Part shown: one piece after another, positions 52,197 through 61,443 of the stretch
How the letters are laid out: each line of letters begins with the position of its first letter
Position numbering within the stretch: the first letter of the stretch is position 1
Assembly (NCBI GenBank): GCA_041394325.1
Contig: JAWKIJ010000001.1
Coordinates: 1,381,096-1,445,095, forward strand
Length of the DNA: 64,000 bases
Direction: 5' to 3'
Origin: Microthrixaceae bacterium
GTDB lineage: Bacteria; Actinomycetota; Acidimicrobiia; Acidimicrobiales; Microtrichaceae
The notes under the pieces: generated by a model
The model's input: the letters and a program-made list of their open reading frames with translations, nothing else
What the model was told of the DNA's origin: nothing
Databases searched by the model: none
Position numbers and translations under genes: made by a program

Positions 52197-52958
52197 CTAC
52201 GAGACGCGATGTCGTGCCGTCAGGACCGTCACCGGGAGTGAGATTCCGAGCGCTGATCGTCGAAGGCTGAGGATCTCCCGGCCCTCCTGTACGGCCGGTC
52301 GAGGCGGGCAGCACCGCTCGCCGAACCACGCCCGAGTAGCGACGAGATCGGGGCTGGAGAAGGCGAGTCCCCACACGACGGTGTCGGTCCCCAACGGAGC
52401 GACGGCGGCGGAGTCCGGGTCGGGCAGCATCGCGGTGAACGGGTGCTCCATCGGGATGGTCGCGTCGGCCGGGGCGACGCATTCCAGCAGCGTCGCACCG
52501 GCGGGGGCGAACAACTGCACGACGGCCACGCCGGCCATCTCGGTCGAGCGTTCCCGGCGGACGGCCAATCCCTTCCCTGCCAGGGCCGAACGCATCGAAT
52601 CGGCGGAGCGACCGCAGATCACGATGTGGTCCAACACGTCGATCCCGTTCGGGTGACGGTCGCCACGACCGGATTCGGCGCCGACGGCCGTGACATCGGT
52701 GGGGTCCGCGAGGGCGAGGCGCGGCGGTCGGCTGTCACCCGCGAGCTCGATCCGCAACCCGGCGAGCCGGACGCTCGGAGGGTCCCCGGGATCGTTCCTC
52801 ACGACGAAGCCGGCGCCGTACCCCGGTCCGGCGCCGTCGCCGAGACGGACCGAGGTCACCCCCACGCGTCGCCCGCGGGCGGGTTCGGTCGGGTCGGCGG
52901 CGGCCACGTCGGGGGAGCGTAGGTTGTGCCGGATGCAATCGGGCGACGACGCCGTCAT
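52197..52958 (-). CDS. glyoxalase-like/VOC-family domain protein
   Basis: ORF 52197-52958. Reads HPNGIDVLDHIVI...VQLFAP...VWGLAF. The start is uncertain because it overlaps the divergent neighbour. Confidence 0.5.
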   Translation of the reverse strand: MTASSPDCIRHNLRSPDVAAADPTEPARGRRVGVTSVRLGDGAGPGYGAGFVVRNDPGDPPSVRLAGLRIELAGDSRPPRLALADPTDVTAVGAESGRGDRHPNGIDVLDHIVICGRSADSMRSALAGKGLAVRRERSTEMAGVAVVQLFAPAGATLLECVAPADATIPMEHPFTAMLPDPDSAAVAPLGTDTVVWGLAFSSPDLVATRAWFGERCCPPRPAVQEGREILSLRRSALGISLPVTVLTARHRVS

Positions 52959-53598
52959 GCGATGGGCGCTCCTGTCGACGGCGGCCTACATCGGAGCGTC
53001 GCTGGTCGCGAACGTGATGTCCCTGCGCATCGTCAAGCTCGTCGGGGTGTCGATCGACGCGGGCACCATCCTCTATCCGATCACCTTCACCGTGAGGGAC
53101 CTGCTGCACCGCAGCGCCGGCAAGCGCGCCGCGCAGACCGTCGTGGTGGCAACGGCCGCCGCCAACGGGCTGATGGTGCTGGCGTTCTGGGCCGCAGCGG
53201 CGTTGCCCGCCGATCCTGCGGTCGGTGCCCAGCGAGGGTTCGGCGATGTGCTGTTGGTGACGTGGCGCATCGTCGCCGCGTCGGTGGCCGCCCAGTTGCT
53301 GAGCGAGTTGACCGACACCGAGGTGTATCAACGCATCGCGGATCGGATGGGCACGCGGCGGATGATCCTTCGGGTTCTGGGCTCGAACGCGGTGTCCATC
53401 CCGATCGACTCGATCGTGTTCACCGTGGTTGCGTTTGCGGGGAGCGTCCCGTTCGGTTCGATGGTGTCGATCGTCGTCGCGAACATCGCCCTCAAGGGCC
53501 TCTGCTCGGTGGTGCTGGCTCCGATGATCTACGCGGTACCGACACCGCGGTCGCCACCCCACCCCGACCCGGGCGGTGCGGACGTGGTGGTCGCGTGA
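52933..53598 (+). CDS. queuosine-precursor transporter (YhhQ/VUT family)
   Basis: Tail of ORF 52690-53598; start at ATG 52933 or 52957. Reads AAYIGASLVANVMSLRIV...GTILYPITFTVRDLL...SNAVSIPIDSIVF. Confidence 0.75.
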   Translation: MQSGDDAVMRWALLSTAAYIGASLVANVMSLRIVKLVGVSIDAGTILYPITFTVRDLLHRSAGKRAAQTVVVATAAANGLMVLAFWAAAALPADPAVGAQRGFGDVLLVTWRIVAASVAAQLLSELTDTEVYQRIADRMGTRRMILRVLGSNAVSIPIDSIVFTVVAFAGSVPFGSMVSIVVANIALKGLCSVVLAPMIYAVPTPRSPPHPDPGGADVVVA

Positions 53599-53634
53599 AC
53601 GGCCCGAGCGGTGGGTCCGGTCGTCGTCCGGTGG

Positions 53635-53724
53635 TCAGCTGTTGCGGCCGGCGTTGGGCTTGCGGCCGTGGTTGGCCTTCTTGCGGCGAACGTTCGCCTT
53701 CTTCTTGCTGGTCCGCTTCGACAT
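53635..53724 (-). CDS. 29-aa basic peptide resembling actinobacterial ribosomal protein bL37 (not in ORF track)
   Basis: Minus strand reads ATG...TGA = MSKRTSKKKANVRRKKANHGRKPNAGRNS. The KKANHG(K/R)(R/K)PNA core matches my recollection of mycobacterial bL37. No clear SD. Confidence 0.55.
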   Translation of the reverse strand: MSKRTSKKKANVRRKKANHGRKPNAGRNS

Positions 53725-53834
53725 AGGGGCGACAGCCTACCCGCACCCCGAGATCGGGATCGAGCCGTGATCGGTTCCGGTCGGGGAGCCCGATACTCCG
53801 GCGCCACCGGGACCGCGGCGGTAGCTTCGCCGCC

Positions 53835-54752
53835 GTGTCCGGACTCGATGGCTACAAGGAGCGGTTCGACGCGGTGCAGCGGGAGCGGCCGATCCTGGCA
53901 ATCCCCTTCGCCGTGGTGAAGAAGTACGGCGACGACAAGGGCTCACATCTCAGCGCGCTCCTCGCCTACTACGGCTTCTTCTCCCTGTTCCCGATGTTGC
54001 TGGCGGGCTTCACGATCCTCGGCTTCGTATTGCACGGGAACCCGTCGTTACGCCACGACATCGGCGACACGTTGCGCGAGCGACTCCCGTTGCCGGGCAT
54101 CGACGTGTCGACGATGAAGGGCTCGGGTCTCGCTCTCGTCGTCGGGCTCGTGTTGGCGGTGTGGTCGGGGCTCGGCGCGACCCAGGTCGCGCAGGACGCC
54201 TTGAACACGGTGTGGGACGTCCCCCGTAAGGACCGTCCGACGTTCGTACGCAAACGGCTCAAGGGTCTCGCGATGTTGGCGATCATCGGCACCGGGATCG
54301 TCGGGGCGACCGTCGCGGCATCCGCCGCGGCATTCCTCGGTCCGGCGGCCGGTCTCGGGGGAGCGGTGCTGTCGGTCCTCGTCAACGCGGCCGTGATCGC
54401 GACGCTCTTCCGACTGATGGTCGAACGTCCGCTGGGGTGGGGTGAGGTGCGCATCGGCGCTCTGTTCGGCGGTATCGGCTGGACCGTGCTGCAACTGGTG
54501 GGCGGTTGGTACACCGGTCGCCTGGTCGACAACGCCGACAAGACCTACGGAACCTTCGCGGTCGTCATCGGCCTGCTGTCGTGGATCTTCCTGCAGTCCC
54601 AGGTGCTGGTGTACGCGGCGGAGGTCGCGTCGGTGACGAGTCGTCGCCTGTGGCCGCGTTCGCTCGACCCAGGACGTCCCACCGACGCCGACGGTCGCGT
54701 CGCCGAGGCGATGGTCGCCCGGGTGTTGCCGCCGGACGCGGTCGGTGGGTAA
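53835..54752 (+). CDS. YihY/BrkB-family inner membrane protein
   Basis: ORF 53835-54752. Motifs LSALLAYYGFFSLFP, WSGLGATQV and YGTFAVVIGLLSWIFL. Confidence 0.85.
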   Translation: MSGLDGYKERFDAVQRERPILAIPFAVVKKYGDDKGSHLSALLAYYGFFSLFPMLLAGFTILGFVLHGNPSLRHDIGDTLRERLPLPGIDVSTMKGSGLALVVGLVLAVWSGLGATQVAQDALNTVWDVPRKDRPTFVRKRLKGLAMLAIIGTGIVGATVAASAAAFLGPAAGLGGAVLSVLVNAAVIATLFRLMVERPLGWGEVRIGALFGGIGWTVLQLVGGWYTGRLVDNADKTYGTFAVVIGLLSWIFLQSQVLVYAAEVASVTSRRLWPRSLDPGRPTDADGRVAEAMVARVLPPDAVGG

Positions 54753-54759
54753 GCGGCGA

Positions 54760-55794
54760 CTATCCGAGCGCTGCGAGCAGATCGTCCGCCGAGCGCGTGT
54801 TGAGGATGCGTTCGGGCGCGATGCCGTGCGCCACCGCCTTGTCGCACCCCGACGCCTGCCACTCGAGGTGGCCGGGCGCGTGTGCATCGGTGTCGATCGT
54901 CACCCGGCAGTCCCATTCGAGCGCGATCGCCAGCAGGTCGTCGGGTGGGTCCTGGCGTTCGGGGCGGCAGTTGATCTCGACCGCCGTACCGAAACGGGCG
55001 CACGCTGCGAAGACCATGTCGGCATCGAAGCGCGACGGAGCCCGGCCCGTGCCCACGATCTGGCGTCCGGTGCAGTGGCCGAGGATGTCGACGTGAGGGT
55101 TCGCGACCGCCCGGACCATCCGCGGGGTCATCTCCGCTGACGGCATCGCCAGTTTGGAGTGCACCGACGCGACCACCACGTCCAGGTCGGCGAGGATGTC
55201 GTCGGGCAGGTCGAGCGAACCGTCCTCGAGGATGTCCACCTCGGTCCCCCTCAGGATGCGGATGTCGGGGAGCTCGGCCTGGACGCGGTCGATCTCCTCG
55301 CGTTGTTGGCGGAGACGTTCGGGGCTGAGGCCGTGAGCGACGGTGAGCCGGGGCGAGTGGTCGGTGATGACGAGGTACTCATGGCCCAACGACCGTGCGG
55401 ATACGGCCATCTCACGGATCGAGGCTCCCCCGTCCGACCATGTCGTGTGCAGGTGGCAGTCGCCTCGGAGCATCGGCCGGAGCGTCGCACCTTCGCCGAT
55501 GGTGACCGTCGTCGCGGTGTCGAGCCGATCGAGGTAGCCACCCGTCGCACGGGTCACCGCGTCGATGATCACCGAGCCGGTGGACCGTCCGATCCCTTCC
55601 AGCGACGTGACCGACCCGGCCGATACCAGGCCGTCCAGGGTCGCGTCGTCGAGGTCGGCGATGACGGTGCGGGCGGTGCGGAACGCCTTGATCTTGGGCC
55701 TCGGGGCCAGGCTGCGGTCCAGGCAGTAGACGGCACGATCGAGCGCGTCGGTCGCTCGTCGTACCGCGCCGGACGGACCGGGCGCAGCGGTCAC
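54760..55794 (-). CDS. PHP-domain phosphoesterase (PolX C-terminal-like, with an N-terminal HhH region)
   Basis: ORF 54760-55794. Motifs GDCHLHTTWSDGG, VITDHS, SVHS and DTDAH. Confidence 0.8.
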   Translation of the reverse strand: MTAAPGPSGAVRRATDALDRAVYCLDRSLAPRPKIKAFRTARTVIADLDDATLDGLVSAGSVTSLEGIGRSTGSVIIDAVTRATGGYLDRLDTATTVTIGEGATLRPMLRGDCHLHTTWSDGGASIREMAVSARSLGHEYLVITDHSPRLTVAHGLSPERLRQQREEIDRVQAELPDIRILRGTEVDILEDGSLDLPDDILADLDVVVASVHSKLAMPSAEMTPRMVRAVANPHVDILGHCTGRQIVGTGRAPSRFDADMVFAACARFGTAVEINCRPERQDPPDDLLAIALEWDCRVTIDTDAHAPGHLEWQASGCDKAVAHGIAPERILNTRSADDLLAALG

Positions 55795-55876
55795 GACCCC
55801 TGCCGACCCGTCGTCGGAGTCGAGGTACCGGCACCGGAGCTCCGGACCACCCGACCGACTCCCGACATGGACCGCG

Positions 55877-56638
55877 ATGTTAGGAGCCCCGTACCGTGGA
55901 GGGATGCCTACCCCCGCTTCCCCTCACTCCGTGTCATCGACGACCCACTCCTCGCGTCGACGCTCCCGAAGGCTCACCGGTCTCGCGGCCATCGTGCTCG
56001 TGACCGTCACGGCGGCCTCGTGTATCCCCCCCGCACCCGCCACAGGTCGGGGCACCAACGTGCGGCGCGTCGAGCTGATGGGCGACTCGCTGAGCTGGGG
56101 ACTCTTCGGGACCACGCCCCGGGTTGATCCGGTGTTGCAGGAACTGCTTGCTCCGGCGGGGATCACCTTGACGATGGACGGAGGTCCTGGCGACAACCCC
56201 TACACGCTATGGCCGTGGGCGACCCATGCCCGGTGGGCGGATCAGCTGCGTTCGCGGATTGCGACCACCGATCCCGACATGGTGATCATCCAATCGGTGC
56301 TGTTCCCCGGTGGGACCGATCCGGCCAACCAGCAGCGGTACCGGGCCGCATTCACGGAGTTGGTGGACATCGCGCAGTCGCGGGGTGCACACGTGTACGT
56401 CGTGGCGCACCACCGTCCCAACAGCGAACCGGCGCGCACCGAGGCCGACATCGCCGAGCGGATCCAAGGTGAGGTGATCGCCGATCGTGGTGTCGCGGTC
56501 ATCCCGCTCAACTGGTGGCTCGACCGTTGCAAGTCGGCGTACACGACCGGCGGATGGCACCTGGCCAAGAACGGTGTCAACTGCTGGGCGGCGGCCGCGA
56601 ACGCGGCGGTCAACCAACTCCGCAACGCTGTGGGCTGA
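55877..56638 (+). CDS. SGNH/GDSL hydrolase, probable lipoprotein
   Basis: ORF 55877-56638. RRRSRRLTGLAAIVLVTVTAASC is followed by ELMGDSLSWG. The start may be ATG 55904. Confidence 0.7.
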   Translation: MLGAPYRGGMPTPASPHSVSSTTHSSRRRSRRLTGLAAIVLVTVTAASCIPPAPATGRGTNVRRVELMGDSLSWGLFGTTPRVDPVLQELLAPAGITLTMDGGPGDNPYTLWPWATHARWADQLRSRIATTDPDMVIIQSVLFPGGTDPANQQRYRAAFTELVDIAQSRGAHVYVVAHHRPNSEPARTEADIAERIQGEVIADRGVAVIPLNWWLDRCKSAYTTGGWHLAKNGVNCWAAAANAAVNQLRNAVG

Positions 56639-56662
56639 TCCCCGCGGTTCCTCCCCGGTTCT

Positions 56663-56703
56663 GTCGCGCGAAAGTCGCGCCGTGGACGCGACGATCGCGC
56701 GAC
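56663..56703. terminator. compound stem-loop between convergent genes
   Basis: gtcgcgcg-aaa-gtcgcg / ccgtgga / cgcgac-gat-cgcgcgac: 8+6 bp of pairing with symmetric 3-nt bulges. Confidence 0.5.
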
Positions 56704-56734
56704 AAAACGGGTGAGACGGTCGGCGGTGGGACGG

Positions 56735-57505
56735 TCAGGGGGTGGTCGTCGAGGTGGCGGCGGGGCTGGTTATCGGCGCGGAGTCGTCACCCTCCGTTGC
56801 GGTGGTCTTGTGGCCCAGGGCGGCCTCGGCGAGTCGCTTCACCTCGGCCTCGGTCATCTCGCCGCTGCCGCGTAGTGCGACCTTTCCGTCCTTGGTGACC
56901 GCGACGATGGTGGGGAATCCGGCGACGCCCATCGCGTTGAGCCCCTTGGTGTCGGCCGAGTCGACCAGCGTGTCGTTCTTCCAGTCGTCCTTGGCCAGCC
57001 ACGAAGCGGGCGGAAAGTTGCCCCGGGACTCGTCCGCCGCCGTCGAGATCCCCACGACCTTGACGGACTTGGGGATGGTTCCCGAGGCCTGCCACTCGAC
57101 CACCAGCGGCACCTCCTTCTGGCAGTGGGGGCACCAGTGGGCGATAACCGCGATCAACATCGGCTCGCCCGGTCTGATGGTGAGCGCGTCGCCGTCGAAG
57201 TTCTTGCCCGTGAGAGTCGGGATGGTCTGGCCGATCGCCGGGTCCGAGGAGGGGATGGCGGTCGCCGCGTCGGCGGGGAACGCCGCGAGCGGGGTGCCGG
57301 TCACCGTCACGCTGGAGTAAGCGGTGTAGTTGACCCCCTTGTTCTCACCCTGGTCCTTGACGGCGAACACGGCCACCGTGATCAGGGCGATCAGCACGAG
57401 CGCGGCGATCCCGACCTTGAGGGCCATCGACGGTCCGTCGCCGGCCGAGTCGGGGGTCCGACCGCCGTTGGGTCCGCCGTACTGGATCTTTGGTTGCTTG
57501 GCCAC
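56735..57505 (-). CDS. TlpA/ResA-like membrane-anchored thiol:disulfide oxidoreductase
   Basis: C-terminal part of ORF 56735-57964 from GTG 57505 (GGAGG 6 nt upstream). TM anchor ALKVGIAALVLIALITVAVFAV, thioredoxin motif AHWCPHCQ. Confidence 0.8.
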   Translation of the reverse strand: MAKQPKIQYGGPNGGRTPDSAGDGPSMALKVGIAALVLIALITVAVFAVKDQGENKGVNYTAYSSVTVTGTPLAAFPADAATAIPSSDPAIGQTIPTLTGKNFDGDALTIRPGEPMLIAVIAHWCPHCQKEVPLVVEWQASGTIPKSVKVVGISTAADESRGNFPPASWLAKDDWKNDTLVDSADTKGLNAMGVAGFPTIVAVTKDGKVALRGSGEMTEAEVKRLAEAALGHKTTATEGDDSAPITSPAATSTTTP

Positions 57506-57506
57506 G

Positions 57507-57964
57507 TCATGCCTCCGGGGTTGATCGGTCGATGGGTTCGTCGGGACGCTCGATCGTCGGGCCGGGCGCCGCCGTTTCGCGCCGAGCGAGCGCGTGCAGG
57601 CCGAGACCGATGATGAACACGAAGCAGCAGAGGGCCCCCACCTGGATGGTCGACCACCCGTGGTCGAAGCCCTTCCAGCGCAGCGTGCACGGGTTCGAGG
57701 GATCACATGATCCGGGGTCGCTGATCGCGCCGACGTCGATGAGGATGTGATATGTGCTGATCGCGGCACCGACGGTGGCGAGGGTGAGCGCCGGGGCCCA
57801 CGCACCTCGATCGCGATGGCGGAGCCCCACCCGAGGACCACGACGAGCGGATACGCACAGATCCGTTGGAACCAACAGAGCCTGCACGGCAGGTAGTGGA
57901 GCCCTTCGGACAGGTAGAGGCTCGCCGCGGTCATCAACGTGGCGCAGATGACCGCGAACACCAT
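57507..57964 (-). pseudogene. DsbB/BdbC-type disulfide bond formation protein, one frame break near 57800
   Basis: The N-terminus of ORF 56735-57964 reads MVFAVICATLMTAASLYLSEGLHYLPCRLCWFQRICAYPLVVVLGWG. The sequence continues as WAPALTLATVGAAISTYHILID...CDPSNPC...STIQVGALCCFVFIIGL in ORF 57507-58046. Confidence 0.7.
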
Positions 57965-58292
57965 CTCCTGGTCGGCGACGGCCCGGCGAACGACGCCGAC
58001 GCCCCCGGCAGTACCCGCAGGACGACCAATGCAATGCCCGTGGCACCAGCGACGTAGGCGGCCACGAGGATCAGCGTGCGCATCAGTTCAGCCACCGTGG
58101 CGTCCTTCCGGGGTGTCGCGAGGCCTCGACCCGTCCCGACCGGCCGGGACCGAACCCGTCGGCGTGGAGGTCGGCAAATTCTCGGTCATCTCGATGTCGG
58201 GCGGGTGTACCGGCTGTGAGCGTTCAAAGGCGCGCTCGAGCGCGGGTTCCGAGCCGAGACACTACGACGTCGACCGGTAGCGTGAGCGGACC

Positions 58293-59367
58293 ATGGAACG
58301 CTTCGGGTTCGTCGGACTCCCCAATGCCGGCAAGTCGTCGCTGTACAACGCGTTGGCCGGTGGTGGCGTTGGCCGCGCCGTGCGCGTTTGCGACGGTCGA
58401 CCCCAACGTGGGCGTCGCGACCGTGCCCGACCGTCGGGTCGAACGACTCGGCGAGATGTCGGGATCCAAGAGCCTGATCCACGCCACGGTGCAGTTCGTC
58501 GACATCGCGGGACTGGTCAAGGGGGCGTCTCGAGGTGAGGGCCTCGGGAACCGCTTCCTCTCCCACATCCGTGAGGTGGACGCGATCGTGTTCGTGCTGC
58601 GGGCCTTCCACGACGACGACGTGCCCGGAACCGACGATCCGGTGGACCAACTCGAGACGCTCGAACTGGAGCTCACCCTCGCCGACATCGAGACGCTCGA
58701 ACGCCAACTCGACAAACGACGCAAGGCCGCGAGGTCCGATCCGTCCGTCGCCGCCGAGGTGGCCGCCACCGACGTCGCGCTCGCGTCGCTCCATGCCGGG
58801 ACGCCGCTGTTCCGGGCGGGCATCGACGCGGACACCCGAGCACTGCTCCGGCCGCTGTTCCTGCTCACCAACAAACCGGCGATGGCGGTGGTCAACATCG
58901 GCGAGTCCCAACTCGATGAGGCCGACGCGATCGCCGCGTCGGTGTCGTCCGCACTCGGCGAGCAGGGCGCGGCCATCGCCGTGTGCGTGCAGGTCGAGGC
59001 CGAGGCGGTGATGCTGGACCCCCAGGACCGGGCCGAGATGCTCGACGCGTACGGTCTCGGCGAAGGAGCGTTGGCGACGTTCCTCCACGGCGCCTACCGG
59101 ATGCTCGGGCTCCGGACCTACCTCACGACCGGCGAGAAGGAGACCCGGGCATGGACGTTCCGGGCCGGGGCGCGGGCACCACAGGCGGCCGGCGTGATCC
59201 ACACCGACTTCGAGCGCGGCTTCATCCGCGCGGAGTGCATCCAGGCCGAGGAACTGATCGAGTGCGGGTCGTGGGCGAAGGCGCGCGAGGCCGGCACGGT
59301 GCGCGTGGAGGGCAAGGACTACGTGGTCTGCGACGGTGACGTGATGGACTTCCGCTTCAACGTGTAG
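58293..59367 (+). pseudogene. ychF: ribosome-binding ATPase YchF, one frame break near 58370
   Basis: ORF 58293-58538 starts MERFGFVGLPNAGKSSLYNALAGG (G1 motif). ORF 58216-59367 carries FATVDPNVGVATVPD...VDIAGLVKGAS...IHTDFERGFIRAE...DGDVMDFRFNV. Confidence 0.9.
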
Positions 59368-59376
59368 AACCGGACG

Positions 59377-59703
59377 GTGGCCTGGTTGGTTCGCGACGGC
59401 GAGGTGCTCGCGTCGGTCGAGGTGGCCACGGGCGCGGGCGCTCGGGCGCGGGGCCTGCTGGGGCGCGACGGCCTCGACGGCGCGATGTGGCTGCCCGGAG
59501 TCAAGTCGGTGCACAGCTTCGGGATGCGATTCGATCTCGACGTGGCGTTCGTCGACGCCGACGGGCTCGTCTTCAAGACGGTGCTCCTCAGGCGGAACCG
59601 GATCTCGGCACCTCACCCCCGGGCGGGCGGGGTGCTGGAGGCGCAGGCCGGGGCCTTCCGGGAGTGGACGTTGCACGTGGGCGACGTCGTCGAGATCCGG
59701 TGA
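59377..59703 (+). CDS. DUF192 domain protein
   Basis: ORF 59377-59703. Reads ARARGLLGRDGLDGAMWLPGVKSVHSFGMRFDLDVAFVD. Confidence 0.75.
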   Translation: MAWLVRDGEVLASVEVATGAGARARGLLGRDGLDGAMWLPGVKSVHSFGMRFDLDVAFVDADGLVFKTVLLRRNRISAPHPRAGGVLEAQAGAFREWTLHVGDVVEIR

Positions 59704-60635
59704 ACGGGGTGGGCCCTTCGCCTCGGATCCGGCTGGTCGCCACCCCCATCGGCAACCTGGACGACCTCACCGTCCGCGCCGCGGCGGCGTTGCGGTCGGC
59801 GGACGTCGTCGCGTGTGAGGACACCCGTCGAACCGGTCTGTTGCTCCGGCACCTCGGGATCCGGGTGCCCCGGCTCGTCGTCCTGAACGATCACACCGAG
59901 CGTTCCGTCGCCGAACGGCTCGTCGCCGACGCGGCGGAAGGCCTGCAGGTGGTCGTGGTGAGCGACGCGGGAATGCCGCTCGTGAGCGATCCCGGCCACG
60001 TGCTGGTCCGTGTCGCGATCGAAGCCGGAATCCGGCTGGAGTCGATTCCCGGGCCGTCGGCGTTGTTGGCGGCGCTCGTGGTCAGTGGCCTTCCCGCCGA
60101 TCGGTTCGTCTTCGAGGGCTTCCTGCCGCGAAAGGGCGCCGAGCGGCGAGGGCGGCTCGCCGCCGTCGCCGCAGAGCCGAGGACGACCGTGCTGTACGAG
60201 GCGCCACATCGCCTCGTGGCGACCATCGGCGATCTCAGCGCGGTCTGTGGGGCGTCGAGGTCGGTCGCGTTGGCACGCGAGTTGACCAAGCTCAACGAGG
60301 AGGTGTGGCGCGGAACCCTCGGTGAAGCGGTCGAACACGTCGCCGAGTCCGCACCCCGCGGCGAGTACGTCGTAGTGCTGGGAGGTGCTCCGGCGGTGGC
60401 CGCGACGACCGACGAGATCCGGCGGCGCGTCGACGAACGATCCGGCGAGGGGTTGTCGACCAGCGCGCTCGCTCGGGCGGTCGCCGAGGAGTTGGGGGTT
60501 CCCCGCCGCGAGGTGTACGACCTGGTGGTCTCCACCTCGATCGAGGACCGTACCGGCGGAGCGGCCGGCGAGGTCATCGGTGACGCGGTCGCTCCGCCGT
60601 CAGCGGATGGCGGTCATCACGACGGGGTTGGGTGA
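59700..60635 (+). CDS. rsmI: 16S rRNA (cytidine1402-2'-O)-methyltransferase RsmI
   Basis: Tail of ORF 59487-60635 from GTG 59700 (GTGA overlap). Reads LVATPIGNLDDLTVRA...VACEDTRRTGLLL...SDAGMPLVSDPG...IPGPSA. Confidence 0.85.
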   Translation: MNGVGPSPRIRLVATPIGNLDDLTVRAAAALRSADVVACEDTRRTGLLLRHLGIRVPRLVVLNDHTERSVAERLVADAAEGLQVVVVSDAGMPLVSDPGHVLVRVAIEAGIRLESIPGPSALLAALVVSGLPADRFVFEGFLPRKGAERRGRLAAVAAEPRTTVLYEAPHRLVATIGDLSAVCGASRSVALARELTKLNEEVWRGTLGEAVEHVAESAPRGEYVVVLGGAPAVAATTDEIRRRVDERSGEGLSTSALARAVAEELGVPRREVYDLVVSTSIEDRTGGAAGEVIGDAVAPPSADGGHHDGVG

Positions 60636-61349
60636 GCGCCATGGCACCGCGAAGCCCAGGCGGCGCCCCATGGCCCGGATCGACTCGATTCGGACCTCGG
60701 CGTAGCCCGCTTCGGCGGCCATTCGCCGGAGTTCCCCCGGCGAGTAGTGGTGGACCGGTACCGCCGTTCCGTCGAGCACGCTCAGATGGTCGTCGGGATC
60801 CACACGCAGGAGTCCGATCCGTCGGATCGCGCGTCGTGCCGCGAACCACAGCGCCCAATCGGGTCGTGCGTTGCGTTGCTGGAGCACCGCCATCAACACT
60901 CCGCCCGGACGAAGGAGGTGTGCCGTGTTCGCGAACGCCGCCGCCCGCCGACCGGCCGGTTGGGGGTAGCACAGCGCCGCGTTGAACGCCACGAGCATGT
61001 CGAACGGACCGCCGTCGCGAAGCTCGGCGACGTCGCCGCGCTCCGCGGAGCACCGGTCCAGGGATCGGTCGGCGATCCGCCGGCGGCAGGCGTCGACCAT
61101 CGGCTCGGAGATGTCCCAACCGACGATCTCGGCGTCGGGGAGCGCGGCGTGGATCTCGGGAAGCTCCCGACCGGCACCGATGCCGACGATCCCGACGCGT
61201 CGTACGGCCGACGTTCCCCCGGCCAACGCGACGCAGTCACGGAGTCCGCGGGCTTCGTACCGGGTCATCGTGTCGCGGTCGATCAGCGAACCCACCGCCG
61301 TCTCGGTGCTCCAGAACGACTCCGCGTGGACGACTCGGGCACGACGCAT
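60600..61349 (-). CDS. class I SAM-dependent methyltransferase
   Basis: ORF 60600-61349. Motif I VGIVGIGAGRE, plus LRPGGVLM. Its 3' end overlaps rsmI by 36 nt (convergent genes). Confidence 0.75.
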   Translation of the reverse strand: MRRARVVHAESFWSTETAVGSLIDRDTMTRYEARGLRDCVALAGGTSAVRRVGIVGIGAGRELPEIHAALPDAEIVGWDISEPMVDACRRRIADRSLDRCSAERGDVAELRDGGPFDMLVAFNAALCYPQPAGRRAAAFANTAHLLRPGGVLMAVLQQRNARPDWALWFAARRAIRRIGLLRVDPDDHLSVLDGTAVPVHHYSPGELRRMAAEAGYAEVRIESIRAMGRRLGFAVPWRSPNPVVMTAIR

Positions 61350-61443
61350 CCGCCGACGTTACGAGACGGGAGGCCGGCGCGGAGGGCTCCGCTGTCAGAG
61401 GACTCCGGTTCGGGCGTGTTTGGGGTTCGCCTAGCGTGAACGC

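Noticed and set aside
57965-58185. Small minus-strand ORFs upstream of dsbB (MTENLPTSTPTG..., MRTLILVAAYVAGATGIALVVL...).
   Set aside because: The DsbB four-TM/CxxC topology is complete from ATG 57964. These pieces are in different frames and resemble nothing I recognise. They could be a frame-broken N-terminal extension, but I cannot support that.
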